From Emcibacter sp. (GTDB lineage: Bacteria > Pseudomonadota > Alphaproteobacteria > Sphingomonadales > Emcibacteraceae): DNA of 64,000 bases. A program made the translations under genes and the position numbers. The stretch covers positions 1,773 through 65,772 of the forward strand of contig JAIOYI010000013.1 of NCBI GenBank assembly GCA_021741205.1. Direction: 5' to 3'. The notes under the pieces are model-generated. The model was not told the origin of the DNA. It worked only from the letters and a program-made list of their open reading frames with translations, and ran no database searches. The number at the start of each line of letters is the position of its first letter. Position 1 is the stretch's first letter. Of this stretch, positions 8,402 to 18,044 are shown piece by piece.

Positions 8402-10681
8402 CTATGGCTTTTCCTGATTGATCGCATCCGCGAGCGCAATGGCAGCCATATTAAAAATGCCCTTAGATGTCGCAGACGGCGTAACAATATGAACAGGTCT
8501 TGCAGCTCCCAATAAAATTGGCCCTACCAATAATCCATTATCAATGGTTCTTAGCATCTCAATACAAATATTAGCGGCGTCCAAGTTCGGGAAAATAAAC
8601 AAATTTGCAGAACCCTTAAGTCCACTGTCAGGCACCATTTTGTTACGAACAACTTCCTTTAAGGCCGAATCCGCATGCATTTCACCGTCAATCTGTATGT
8701 CTGGTCGCATATCCCTTAACATTTTAGTGGCTTTGCGCATTTTAACAGCAGATGGGGCATTGGATGAGCCAAAATTTGAATGGGACAGCAGGGCAACTTT
8801 TGGATTTACCCCAAAATGGCTAACCTTTTCGATGGCCGCCAAGGTATTTGCCACAATTTGATCCACATCAGGATCAACGGTCATAAAACTATCGGCAAAG
8901 AAAATCGTTCTATTGGGTAATATTAACGTGCTTACCGTTGATAATTTCTGATGATTGCTCTTTCGTCCAATAATATCAATGATATATTTTACATGAAAAT
9001 CAAAACGCCCATAACTTCCGCATATCATGGCGTCTGCATCTCCCATTCTTACGGCAAGAGCCGCAATCACGGTGGTATTGGTTCTGACAATGGTTCTCGC
9101 CGCCTCTTCTGAGACCCCCTTTCGGCTCACAAGGGAATGATATTTCTGCCAATAGCTTCTGTAGCGATCATCTTTTTGTGGATTAATCAGATCAAAGTCT
9201 TTGTCCCTAATCAATCGCAAGCCAAGTTTTTCAATTTTCCGCGCCACAACCAAAGGCCGCCCCACAAGCGTGGGGTATCCCATTTTTTCATCGACAAGAG
9301 CCTGAACCGCAAGAAGTACCGTTTCATTCTCACCCTCGGCAAAGATTATTCTCTTATTATTATTTTTGGTCTGATCAATGACGGGCTGTAAAAGAATACT
9401 GGATTTAAAGACAAAATGACTGAGCTTTTCGCGGTAAGCATCAATATCCTTCAACGGGCGGGTCGCAACACCGCTATCCATAGCGGCACGTGCTACGGCG
9501 GGGGCGATTTCAAGAATAAGTCGAGGATCAAGCGGTTTTGGAATGATGTATTCTGGTCCAAATTTAAGCACTTCACCCTGATAGGCATTGGCAACCAACT
9601 CAGAGGACTCCTTAAAGGCGAGATCCGCAATTGCCTTAACGCAGGCATGCTTCATGGCCTCATTAATGGTGGTTGCCCCAACGTCCAAGGCTCCCCTAAA
9701 TAAAAACGGAAAACATAAAACATTATTCACCTGATTTGGATAATCAGATCGACCCGTCGCAATAATGGCATCTTTTCTAACTTTTTTCACGTCTTCGGGT
9801 AATATTTCAGGGGTGGGATTAGCCAAAGCCAAAATAAAAGGGTTTTTTGCCATACGGGCAACCATGTCCGGTTTTAATATACCCGGTGCCGAAAGACCTA
9901 AAAAAACATCTGCTCCCCCAATCACATCAGCCAATGTTCTATGGTCTGTTTTTATGGCATATTTGTCTTTATAGGGGTTCATATCCTGATTTCGTCCCTG
10001 ATAAACAACGCCTGCAATATCAACAAGGCTTACATTTTTCTGATCAAGTCCCATACTCACAAGAAGATCAAGACAGGCAAGTGACGCCGCACCCCCACCC
10101 GTGGCCACAACCTTTACGTCCGACAATTTTTTACCCACAATGCGCAGTCCATTATAAACCGCCGCACCAACCACAATGGCTGTTCCATGCTGATCATCAT
10201 GAAAAACGGGAATTTTCATGCGTTTTTTTAATTCTTCTTCGACCTTAAAACATTCTGGTGCCTTTATATCTTCAAGGTTAATTGCTCCGAATGTTGGTTC
10301 AAGGGATGCGATGATTTCAATCAGCTTGTCAGGGTCATTTTGGTTTATTTCAATGTCAAAGACATTAATGCCCGCAAATTTTTTAAAAAGAACCGCCTTC
10401 CCCTCCATAACGGGTTTAGCTGCCAAGGGGCCAATATTTCCAAGCCCGAGCACGGCCGTACCGTTAGTCACAACGCCCACTAAATTTGCCCGAATGGTCA
10501 TATCATTGACGGCCTCTGGGTTCTCCACAATGGCCTCACAAGCGAAGGCAACTCCTGGCGAATAAGCCCTCGCCAAGTCCCGCTGGTTAGACAACGGTTT
10601 GGTTGGGGTTATTTCAAGTTTTCCGGGAATGGGCTCTGTATGATAACGAAGGGAGGTTTCTTTAAAATTCTCATCAGGCAT
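8402..10681 (-). CDS. maeB: NADP-dependent malic enzyme with C-terminal phosphotransacetylase-like domain
   Basis: 759 aa. N-terminal malic-enzyme motifs (DLARAYSPGVA, VVTNGTAVLGLGNIGP, FHDDQHGTAIV) plus a PTA-like C-terminal half. Architecture is typical of MaeB. Confidence 0.9.
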   Translation of the reverse strand: MPDENFKETSLRYHTEPIPGKLEITPTKPLSNQRDLARAYSPGVAFACEAIVENPEAVNDMTIRANLVGVVTNGTAVLGLGNIGPLAAKPVMEGKAVLFKKFAGINVFDIEINQNDPDKLIEIIASLEPTFGAINLEDIKAPECFKVEEELKKRMKIPVFHDDQHGTAIVVGAAVYNGLRIVGKKLSDVKVVATGGGAASLACLDLLVSMGLDQKNVSLVDIAGVVYQGRNQDMNPYKDKYAIKTDHRTLADVIGGADVFLGLSAPGILKPDMVARMAKNPFILALANPTPEILPEDVKKVRKDAIIATGRSDYPNQVNNVLCFPFLFRGALDVGATTINEAMKHACVKAIADLAFKESSELVANAYQGEVLKFGPEYIIPKPLDPRLILEIAPAVARAAMDSGVATRPLKDIDAYREKLSHFVFKSSILLQPVIDQTKNNNKRIIFAEGENETVLLAVQALVDEKMGYPTLVGRPLVVARKIEKLGLRLIRDKDFDLINPQKDDRYRSYWQKYHSLVSRKGVSEEAARTIVRTNTTVIAALAVRMGDADAMICGSYGRFDFHVKYIIDIIGRKSNHQKLSTVSTLILPNRTIFFADSFMTVDPDVDQIVANTLAAIEKVSHFGVNPKVALLSHSNFGSSNAPSAVKMRKATKMLRDMRPDIQIDGEMHADSALKEVVRNKMVPDSGLKGSANLFIFPNLDAANICIEMLRTIDNGLLVGPILLGAARPVHIVTPSATSKGIFNMAAIALADAINQEKP

Positions 10682-10805
10682 TTGCTATGTCCATTAATTT
10701 TTTATGGATATAACATAGCCGTAATGACGGGTAAGTGACAAGAGGTGATTTTGCCATTCACCCCGCCCCAAACGCCGAGGTAAATTTTAGAAAAGAATTA
10801 AACAG

Positions 10806-11681
10806 CTATACATTTTCTTTATAGACGTCAAAGTCTATATTTTCTATAGGATTTGAATGAAGTATAGTACCAATACCAATCACAGCCAATATTTGAAAAT
10901 ATATACTCATAATCAATGGCTCCAAATAATCCAGATTATATTCCCGTATAGACTGAACTGTAATCATTAAAACACTTAGCCCGATGCTCGTATAGACCAT
11001 AACTCTAACAACGACGCCCCTGTGAATACGGCGATCTTTATGGGTCTCATGCGGGTTGATTTTCTTGCCGTAAACCTGCCACATAAAAAGGGCGGCAAAA
11101 TAAAGATGAATACCAATAAGAGCAAGAACAGAAGTTAACGTACCACGAGCCCAAGAAAGATCATAATCCTTTATATAAAAATTAAACCATAATGCGGCAA
11201 AAAATAATATCACGGCTATTCCAAATAAACTTGGCGATACAAAGCCAAAAAAATGGCGCGGCTCCAATTCTGCTTTTCTCTTGCTGGCTTTATTGACGTC
11301 TCGCATGAGTTTCAACTGCTTACATTCGGAAAATTCCAAATAGATAAAAGGTAAAAACTGAAGCATTGCAAATAGGAACACAAATGTTTCTTCCCCCTCG
11401 CCCGATGGGTAATAATCCGAGCGCATGGCAACAACCAAAAGGAGTAAACCCGCAACCATAATAGCCATATTGATATAACGATAAGGTTTAGGGCGTGTTT
11501 TGGCGATATCATCCGCATCTGATCCCAAAAGATTTGGGTAGAGTTTGGGGTATTTTGACGGCGGATATGTTTTTGCAACATATCGCATTCGCTGATATAA
11601 TTTATTAGGGTAATAATAAGACAGAAGAAAAATTTGGCTTAAAAATACCCCGTAAAATGTTATTAATAATAAATCTGGCAT
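10806..11681 (-). CDS. hypothetical polytopic membrane protein
   Basis: 291 aa with about 6-7 hydrophobic segments. Starts 10 nt downstream of the small GntR/YtrA-like gene, so probably co-transcribed. Confidence 0.6.
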   Translation of the reverse strand: MPDLLLITFYGVFLSQIFLLSYYYPNKLYQRMRYVAKTYPPSKYPKLYPNLLGSDADDIAKTRPKPYRYINMAIMVAGLLLLVVAMRSDYYPSGEGEETFVFLFAMLQFLPFIYLEFSECKQLKLMRDVNKASKRKAELEPRHFFGFVSPSLFGIAVILFFAALWFNFYIKDYDLSWARGTLTSVLALIGIHLYFAALFMWQVYGKKINPHETHKDRRIHRGVVVRVMVYTSIGLSVLMITVQSIREYNLDYLEPLIMSIYFQILAVIGIGTILHSNPIENIDFDVYKENV

Positions 11682-11691
11682 GTTAATTTCC

Positions 11692-12072
11692 TTAATCTTT
11701 TCTATTATTCATCACGGTTCCAAAAGCAATTCTGATTTCAGAATCGGTTGCACCTCTGTCTCTTAGAACTTCAATTACTTTGCTTAAATGTTCAAAAATA
11801 GTGGTATTTAAATCGATCATACTATTGACCTTGGCATCAGGATGAACAAATGTTCCTCGATATCCCTTGGTTTGAATCACATTATCCCGCTCCAACAAAC
11901 GATAGGATTTGGCCACCGTCTTACTGTTGATATCTAAATCATTTGCCAATTGTCGGATGGAGGGCAAGGCGTCACCTGCCTTAATTTTACCATCCAAAAC
12001 GGCCTGTTTAATTTGTTCCATTAATTGCGAAAACAGAGGAACAGGGTCGTCAATGTCTATAATTATTTCCAT
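11692..12072 (-). CDS. GntR-family (YtrA-like, short) transcriptional regulator
   Basis: wHTH motif LPSIRQLANDLDINSKTVAKSYRLLERDNVIQTKGYRGTFV. I prefer the ATG at 12072 (MEIIIDID...) over the extended ORF to 12135. Confidence 0.8.
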   Translation of the reverse strand: MEIIIDIDDPVPLFSQLMEQIKQAVLDGKIKAGDALPSIRQLANDLDINSKTVAKSYRLLERDNVIQTKGYRGTFVHPDAKVNSMIDLNTTIFEHLSKVIEVLRDRGATDSEIRIAFGTVMNNRKD

Positions 12073-12140
12073 AGATTTATATGCTCCATATGTACCATGC
12101 ATCATACTGGTACATATGGAGCATATAAGAGTCAAGTCAT

Positions 12141-12184
12141 AAATAAAAAAAATCTCCCCTTTATGTTCAAAAGAGGAGATTTTT
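12141..12184 (-). terminator. rho-independent terminator after ald
   Basis: Hairpin atctcccctt...aagaggagat (12152-12180), flanked by an A-run (12141-12151, giving a T-run on the minus strand) and tttt on the plus strand. Lies 25 nt downstream of the ald stop. Confidence 0.65.
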
Positions 12185-12208
12185 AAAGAGATTAAGTTAA
12201 ACCTTAGC

Positions 12209-13315
12209 CTAGATATCTAAGGGCGTATATTTCTTACCCAAATCCCGTGCAACGGCCTCATAGGTTATATGACCATTGGAAATATTTACTCCATTGGCAA
12301 GATGAGCATCATCTTTACAAGCCTGTTTCCAGCCTTTGTTTGCAAGAGCTAAACCAAAAGGCAATGTGGCATTGTTCAAGGCAAAGGTTGATGTTCTTGC
12401 AACCGCCCCTGGCATGTTGGCAACACAATAATGCACAACACCATCAACGATAAAGGTTGGCTCGGCATGGGTTGTTGGATGGGAATTTTCAAAACATCCC
12501 CCCTGATCGATGGCAATATCCACAAGTACCGCACCGTTTTTCATACGGCGAACCATATCCGCTGACACAAGCTTAGGAGCTGCGGCACCTGCAACAAGAA
12601 CCGCACCGATCACCAAATCAGCTTCTAGCACGGCCTCTTCCAAATCATGAGCTGTAGAATAACAGGTTTTTACACTGCCTCTAAAGCGGTTATCTAAACG
12701 CCGCAGCACATCAATATTGCGGTCAAATATACTCACATCCGCACCCAATCCAACCGCCATTTCGGCTGCATTCATTCCCGACACGCCGCCCCCGATAATC
12801 ACAACCTTAGCAGGCGCCACACCAGGAACACCGCCGAGCAATATTCCCCGACCACCAGAAGCTTTTTCAAGAGCATGGGCTCCTGCCTGAATGGACATAC
12901 GACCCGCTACTTCGCTCATAGGGGCCAAAAGTGGCAAGCCTCCTGCACTATTAGTCACCGTTTCATAGGCAATAGCTGTACAACCAGACTTAACAAGGGC
13001 ATCCGTCTGAGCGGGATCCGCGGCAAGATGAAGATACGTATAAAGCAAATGCTTTTTATTCAACATAGCACATTCGTGAAGTTGGGGTTCTTTAACCTTC
13101 ACAATCATTTCAGATTTTTTGAATACTTCTTCGGCTGTGGCTACAATTTCGCATCCAACGGTAAGATAGTCATCATCCGATAAACCAATGCCCGCACCCG
13201 CATTTCTTTCTACAATAACTTTATGACCGTTGCGAATGAATTCAGATGCACTTGCTGGTGTTAAGCCAACACGATATTCATGTACTTTAATTTCTTTAGG
13301 AACGCCAATAATCAT
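12209..13315 (-). CDS. ald: alanine dehydrogenase
   Basis: 368 aa. MIIGVPKEIKVHEYRVGLTP, NAD-binding VVIIGGGVSGMNAA, VDIAIDQGG. Canonical Ald. Confidence 0.9.
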   Translation of the reverse strand: MIIGVPKEIKVHEYRVGLTPASASEFIRNGHKVIVERNAGAGIGLSDDDYLTVGCEIVATAEEVFKKSEMIVKVKEPQLHECAMLNKKHLLYTYLHLAADPAQTDALVKSGCTAIAYETVTNSAGGLPLLAPMSEVAGRMSIQAGAHALEKASGGRGILLGGVPGVAPAKVVIIGGGVSGMNAAEMAVGLGADVSIFDRNIDVLRRLDNRFRGSVKTCYSTAHDLEEAVLEADLVIGAVLVAGAAAPKLVSADMVRRMKNGAVLVDIAIDQGGCFENSHPTTHAEPTFIVDGVVHYCVANMPGAVARTSTFALNNATLPFGLALANKGWKQACKDDAHLANGVNISNGHITYEAVARDLGKKYTPLDI

Positions 13316-13452
13316 TTTTATTCTTTCTCTAATAAGGGATTAAGGTATGGTTTTTTACTGATATCAATATATCTTATATATTAAGAAATTTCCTTGCAAA
13401 TATTATCAAATATATATTGATAATTCGCATATAATTGTGCATAATCAAACTT

Positions 13453-13950
13453 ATGAGACATAAATTTCGAAATATTAATCTTGATAAAATAGATTATGCT
13501 ATTCTTGATTCCTTGCAGGAAAATGGCAGATTAAGCAATAATGACCTATCTGATAAGGTTGGATTGTCCCCTTCGGCATGCCTAAGAAGAGTGAAATCAT
13601 TAGAAGATAATGGCATAATAGACCATTATGTTGCCATCGTCCCCCAATCTGCTGCGGGGTTATCAGATAATGTTTTTGTTCAGATAACGGTGGAAAAACA
13701 AACCAAGGAAAAACTGGCTGAATTTGAACAAAGAGTGATACAGTGTCCTCAAATTATGGAATGTTATCTTATGAGTGGGGATGCAGATTACCTGCTAAGG
13801 GTTGCGGTATCTGATGCCTCGGATTATGAACGGTTACACATGGATATTTTAACAACATTACCTGGTGTTTCTCAAATTAAATCTAATTTTTCTTTACGTA
13901 CGGTTGCTAAGAAAACGGCGGTTCCTTTTAAAAAACAGTTAAAATATTAA
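13453..13950 (+). CDS. lrp: Lrp/AsnC-family transcriptional regulator (divergent from ald)
   Basis: LDKIDYAILDSLQENGRLSNNDLSDKVGLSPSACLRRVKSLEDNGII plus a C-terminal RAM/AsnC_trans_reg domain. ATG at 13453 preferred over TTG at 13435. Confidence 0.85.
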   Translation: MRHKFRNINLDKIDYAILDSLQENGRLSNNDLSDKVGLSPSACLRRVKSLEDNGIIDHYVAIVPQSAAGLSDNVFVQITVEKQTKEKLAEFEQRVIQCPQIMECYLMSGDADYLLRVAVSDASDYERLHMDILTTLPGVSQIKSNFSLRTVAKKTAVPFKKQLKY

Positions 13951-14008
13951 TCTTTTATTTATCAAATATTGCCATAATTTAATATGGCTGCAACATATTG
14001 GATAAAAC

Positions 14009-14328
14009 ATGAAAAATCGCAATAATAGACAAAATATAAATAACGAGGAAATTTACGAAACATTTTGGGAAGAAAATTTTTTCCCAATGTTTAATAATAC
14101 CACAACAATGGCTAATTCATCTAATCATCGTGAGGGTATTATCAATGCCACCCTAAAAATCAAATCAATTGCACACCAAATCACAAAAAACCTTCAACTC
14201 TAACAAGTTCTGGAAAAGGGCTTGTTATATATAAAGAGTTATCAAAACTTATGAATGCCACCGTTGGGGTATCAAGTATCGTTGAGGAAGGTAGTATTTT
14301 TTGGTTAGAACTTGATCAGGCACAATAA
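14009..14328 (+). pseudogene. decayed C-terminal fragment of a histidine kinase (HATPase_c G1/F/G2 region, frameshifted)
   Basis: Frame 2 (14009-14203) reads ...NEEIYETFWEENFFPMFNNTTTMANSSNHREG, resembling the IFE.F..F.q...s..r..G region. A different frame (14212-14328) reads GKGLVIYKELSKLMNATVGVSSIVEEGSIFWLELDQAQ*, resembling the G2 box G.GLGL.I.k.Lv.lMgG.i.v.S..g.GS.F...L. No H-box or sensor part is present. Confidence 0.45.
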
Positions 14329-14338
14329 TGACTGGTCG

Positions 14339-15265
14339 TTACTCAACCCAATCAAGTCCCATATTTTCGTAACGTTCCTTGTCATCAGACCAATTTTTTC
14401 TGACTTTAACAAAAATAAACAAATGAACTCTGCGACCAAATAATTCTTCCATTTCTTCGCGTGCCATTTTTCCGATTTCTTTCAGGCTGCGGCCATCTTT
14501 ACCGATAACGATTGCTTTTTGAGTATCACGCTCCACATAGATGATCTGTTCAATGCGAACGCTGCCGTCTTTTCGCTCTTGCCATGTTTCCGTCTCGATT
14601 GTTGCAGCATAGGGAAGTTCTTCATGGAGACGAAGAAAAAATTTTTCCCGCGTTATTTCCGCCGCTAGCATGCGTTCCGTTATATCCGTTAATTGGTCTT
14701 CGGGATAAAGCCATGGGCCTTTTGGTAAATTTTCCGCAATAACGTCTTTCAAATCATCCAGTCCGTTTCCCTTAAGAGCTGAAATCATGAGTGTATGGGA
14801 AAATTCTCCTAAGTCATTTAATTCTTTAGACAAACCAAGCAAGGTATCCCGTCGAATGGCGTCAATTTTATTGATGGCAAGAATAGCTTTTTGTCCGGAC
14901 TGTTTTAAACCCTTAATGATACGCCGAGTATTATCGTCAATTCCGCGAGCAGCATCCACAAGAACGATAATAACGTCCGCATCACTAGCCCCCGCCCATG
15001 CTGCAGAGACCATAGCCCTTTCCAATCTTTTCTTTGGCTCAAATATACCTGGGGTATCAACAAATATCATTTGATTGTCATGATAAAGTGCAATACCAAC
15101 AAACCTTGTACGTGTTGTCTGAACTTTATGGGTAACAATGGAAATTTTACTCCCTACCAACGAGTTTAGAAGCGTTGATTTTCCTGCATTTGGGGCACCG
15201 AGCAGGGCAACAAAACCGCATCTCTTGTTATCGGCTTTGTTATCGGGCTTATTATTTTCATTCAT
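14339..15265 (-). CDS. era: GTPase Era
   Basis: 308 aa. G1 LLGAPNAGKSTLLN, G3 DTPG, G4 NKID, C-terminal KH domain (GKDGRSLKEIG). Confidence 0.95.
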   Translation of the reverse strand: MNENNKPDNKADNKRCGFVALLGAPNAGKSTLLNSLVGSKISIVTHKVQTTRTRFVGIALYHDNQMIFVDTPGIFEPKKRLERAMVSAAWAGASDADVIIVLVDAARGIDDNTRRIIKGLKQSGQKAILAINKIDAIRRDTLLGLSKELNDLGEFSHTLMISALKGNGLDDLKDVIAENLPKGPWLYPEDQLTDITERMLAAEITREKFFLRLHEELPYAATIETETWQERKDGSVRIEQIIYVERDTQKAIVIGKDGRSLKEIGKMAREEMEELFGRRVHLFIFVKVRKNWSDDKERYENMGLDWVE

Positions 15266-15276
15266 ATAATTTAACT

Positions 15277-15987
15277 TTATTTATGGGTTTCAATTCTATT
15301 AAGAAGCTTAAATGCAGCATCTTGTTCTGCATGGCGTTTGGATTTTCCCTTGCCTATTTCTGGCTCCAAACCCTGTATTTTGGCCTCTATCGTAAAATAC
15401 GGCTCATGGGCAGGTCCCGTACGCTCAATCACGGAATATTTAGGTGTTGCAATTTGACGTGCCTGAACCCATTCCTGTAATTTTGTTTTGGCATCACGAT
15501 CCCCAATACTGTCCTGTGCGATATAGCATTTCCAGAATTTACGCACTATTTTTCTGGCCTCATGATAGCCACCGTCCAAATTAACGGCTCCAATAACAGA
15601 TTCGCAAACATCAGCAAGTATCGTTATTTTTTTTCGGCCACCGTTGTCTTCTGTACTTTTTGCCATATGAATAAAGTCAGCAAGCTTCATCGCCTTACTC
15701 ACCTTGGCCAATGTTTCCTTACGTACCATATTGGTATGACGGCTTGCAAGTCCCCCCTCGGAAGCATCTGCATAATATTCAAAAAGCCATTCCGCTATAA
15801 CCAATCCAAGAACACGATCACCCACAAATTCTAACCGCTGATATTGTGCTCCACCCTCAAGACTTGGATGGGTAAGTGCCTCACGCAACAAGGCCTCATT
15901 CTTAAAAACATAACCCAAAATTTTATACAGACCGCTATATTGCCCCAAATTTTCAGTCTCACTCTCTGGGCTAAGGTTGGATGTCAT
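15277..15987 (-). CDS. rnc: ribonuclease III
   Basis: 236 aa. RNase III signature QRLEFVGDRVLGL plus a C-terminal dsRBD. Abuts the lepB stop. Confidence 0.95.
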   Translation of the reverse strand: MTSNLSPESETENLGQYSGLYKILGYVFKNEALLREALTHPSLEGGAQYQRLEFVGDRVLGLVIAEWLFEYYADASEGGLASRHTNMVRKETLAKVSKAMKLADFIHMAKSTEDNGGRKKITILADVCESVIGAVNLDGGYHEARKIVRKFWKCYIAQDSIGDRDAKTKLQEWVQARQIATPKYSVIERTGPAHEPYFTIEAKIQGLEPEIGKGKSKRHAEQDAAFKLLNRIETHK

Positions 15988-16785
15988 TTAATTAATACCT
16001 GTAAAAATTCGACTAAGCCTTTGTTTTGGAAACCATTTCCAGAATTCCCAAAGTTTTGCATTATCATCAAAAGAAATCCAAATGACTTCGGCACGGCCAA
16101 CAATATTTTCAAAAGGTACATATCCAACACCTTCGCTTTTCTTCCAGCGGCTATCTTTTGAATTATCCCTATTATCACCCATGGCAAAATAATGTCCCTT
16201 GGGTACCAAAAACACATCTGTATCATCGGCCTCACCATAAGGAGACCAACCCATATCAAGGGTCATATAGGATTTACCACTGGGAAGTATTTCTTGATAT
16301 TTCGGATATGTCTCTTCCTGACCATATTCATTGATAATTTTAAAATCTTCAACTTGCTTGCGCTCGACAATCTGCCCATTCAAATAAAGACGACTTTTTT
16401 TCATCTGTATAGTATCACCGGGTAAGCCAATAATTCTTTTAATATAATATATGTCCGGATCACGAGGCAATCGAAACACCACAACATCCCCCCGTTTTAC
16501 AGGGCTTTCAAAAATTCGACCTGAAAAGAAATTGGGGCTAAAGGGAAAGGAATGATGGCTGTAGCCATAAGACATTTTGGAAACCAAAAGATAATCACCC
16601 ACCAAAAGATTATCCATCATTGATTTTGATGGAATTTTAAAGGGTTGAAAGAAAAAAGTTCTAAAAATCAGTGCAATAATCAATGCCCAGATAAGAACAC
16701 TCAACAGGCTTTCCTCTTTTTTCTCTTCTATTTTTCCCTTCTTACCAATGGTTTTGGAGGGTTCTTGAAGATTAATTTCCGTCAT
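15988..16785 (-). CDS. lepB: signal peptidase I
   Basis: 265 aa. N-terminal TM, catalytic Ser box PSKSMMDNL, Lys box, GDNRDNSKDSR box. Confidence 0.9.
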   Translation of the reverse strand: MTEINLQEPSKTIGKKGKIEEKKEESLLSVLIWALIIALIFRTFFFQPFKIPSKSMMDNLLVGDYLLVSKMSYGYSHHSFPFSPNFFSGRIFESPVKRGDVVVFRLPRDPDIYYIKRIIGLPGDTIQMKKSRLYLNGQIVERKQVEDFKIINEYGQEETYPKYQEILPSGKSYMTLDMGWSPYGEADDTDVFLVPKGHYFAMGDNRDNSKDSRWKKSEGVGYVPFENIVGRAEVIWISFDDNAKLWEFWKWFPKQRLSRIFTGIN

Positions 16786-16848
16786 ATATCTTTCACAATT
16801 CTATAATTTGTATAATTAATTATTTCTATCCCATCAATAAGGCAATTT

Positions 16849-17259
16849 CTAGGCCTTATCAACTGGAACCGACGTAATAAGTACCACCGCCTGCGCCCAA
16901 GGGTGGTCATCCGTCAAAGAAAGGTCAATTTGTGCGATTGTACCTTGTGGAGTTATTTCACGAAGCCTAAGCAAAGCTCCCCCCGTAAGATGAAGAACGG
17001 GCTTGCCATTTTCGCCTCTTACAACACACACATCACGCCAGAATACACCTTTTGCAAAACCCGTACCCAACGCCTTTGCACAGGCCTCCTTGGCGGCAAA
17101 TCTTTTGGCATAATAGGAAACTCTGCCTGCCTTATTATCACAATAACTTTGTTCAATTTCAGAAAATATGCGACTGATAAACCGTTGACCATATTTTGTG
17201 ATTGACTGATCAATACGATCAATATTCACCAAATCATTACCAAGACCAATAACCCGCAT
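16849..17259 (-). CDS. acpS: holo-[acyl-carrier-protein] synthase
   Basis: 136 aa. IGLGNDLVNIDRI...FAAKEACAKALGTG is typical AcpS. TAATG overlap with pdxJ. Confidence 0.9.
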   Translation of the reverse strand: MRVIGLGNDLVNIDRIDQSITKYGQRFISRIFSEIEQSYCDNKAGRVSYYAKRFAAKEACAKALGTGFAKGVFWRDVCVVRGENGKPVLHLTGGALLRLREITPQGTIAQIDLSLTDDHPWAQAVVLITSVPVDKA

Positions 17260-18044
17260 TAATCTTTTCCATTTCCAAAATGGTCAAGGCTAAACCCTCG
17301 TCCCTTATCCATAAGCTCTATCATTCTCTGAATGGATTGTTCAAGTCCAACAAAAATAGCTTCGCCGATGAGAAAATGACCAATATTAAATTCTGTAAAT
17401 TGTGGAATAGCGGCAATTTCTTCGATAGTCTCATAATTCAAGCCATGCCCTGCATGAACCTCCATATCAAGTTTCTCACACAATGCAGCCGAACTTCTCA
17501 AGCGGTCCAGTTCCTCTTTACGATCACGTCCCACCTTTTCTACATAGGTTCCCGTGTGAAGTTCAACTTTATCTGCTCCAATTTTTTTTGAAGCCCTTAT
17601 TTGGTGTTCATCGGGATCAATAAATAGGCTCACACTGATATTGGCATTTCTTAATTTTTGCACATAAGGAGACAGATAATCATAGCCGCCAGATACATCA
17701 AGTCCACCTTCGGTCGTTACTTCCTGACGTTTTTCTGGTACAATACAAGCCGAGGCTGGTTTATGTTTTAAGGCGATGGTTAACATTTCTTCTGTGGCCG
17801 CCATTTCAAGGTTAAGCGGAACATTTAATTTCTCCATCAATAAATCAATATCCCGATCAGAAATATGTCGCCGATCTTCTCTTAAATGTGCGGTAATACC
17901 ATCCGCACCCGCCTTAACAGCAAGAAGGGCGGCCTCTACTGGGTCAGGGTGAATACCCCCACGGGCATTACGAATGGTTGCAACATGGTCTATATTAACC
18001 CCTAAACGAATTCTATTATGATACACTACGTGCCCTTTCCTCAC
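17259..18044 (-). CDS. pdxJ: pyridoxine 5'-phosphate synthase
   Basis: 261 aa. LGVNIDHVATIRNARG, ITAHLREDRRHI, ELHTG, HAGHGL. Non-ATG (GTG) start, so the exact start is uncertain. Confidence 0.9.
   Translation of the reverse strand: MRKGHVVYHNRIRLGVNIDHVATIRNARGGIHPDPVEAALLAVKAGADGITAHLREDRRHISDRDIDLLMEKLNVPLNLEMAATEEMLTIALKHKPASACIVPEKRQEVTTEGGLDVSGGYDYLSPYVQKLRNANISVSLFIDPDEHQIRASKKIGADKVELHTGTYVEKVGRDRKEELDRLRSSAALCEKLDMEVHAGHGLNYETIEEIAAIPQFTEFNIGHFLIGEAIFVGLEQSIQRMIELMDKGRGFSLDHFGNGKD

Noticed and set aside
9847-10565. 133-aa and 115-aa plus-strand ORFs. Many similar 60-130-aa ORFs lie opposite maeB, spoT, recG, mfd, the kinase and others.
   Set aside because: All lie antisense to, or out of frame within, long genes with diagnostic motifs. 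None shows motifs or start signals of its own.
14009-14203. 64-aa ORF as an intact small gene.
   Set aside because: Its sequence plus the following out-of-frame segment look like pieces of one decayed histidine-kinase C-terminus, so it is treated as a pseudogene fragment.
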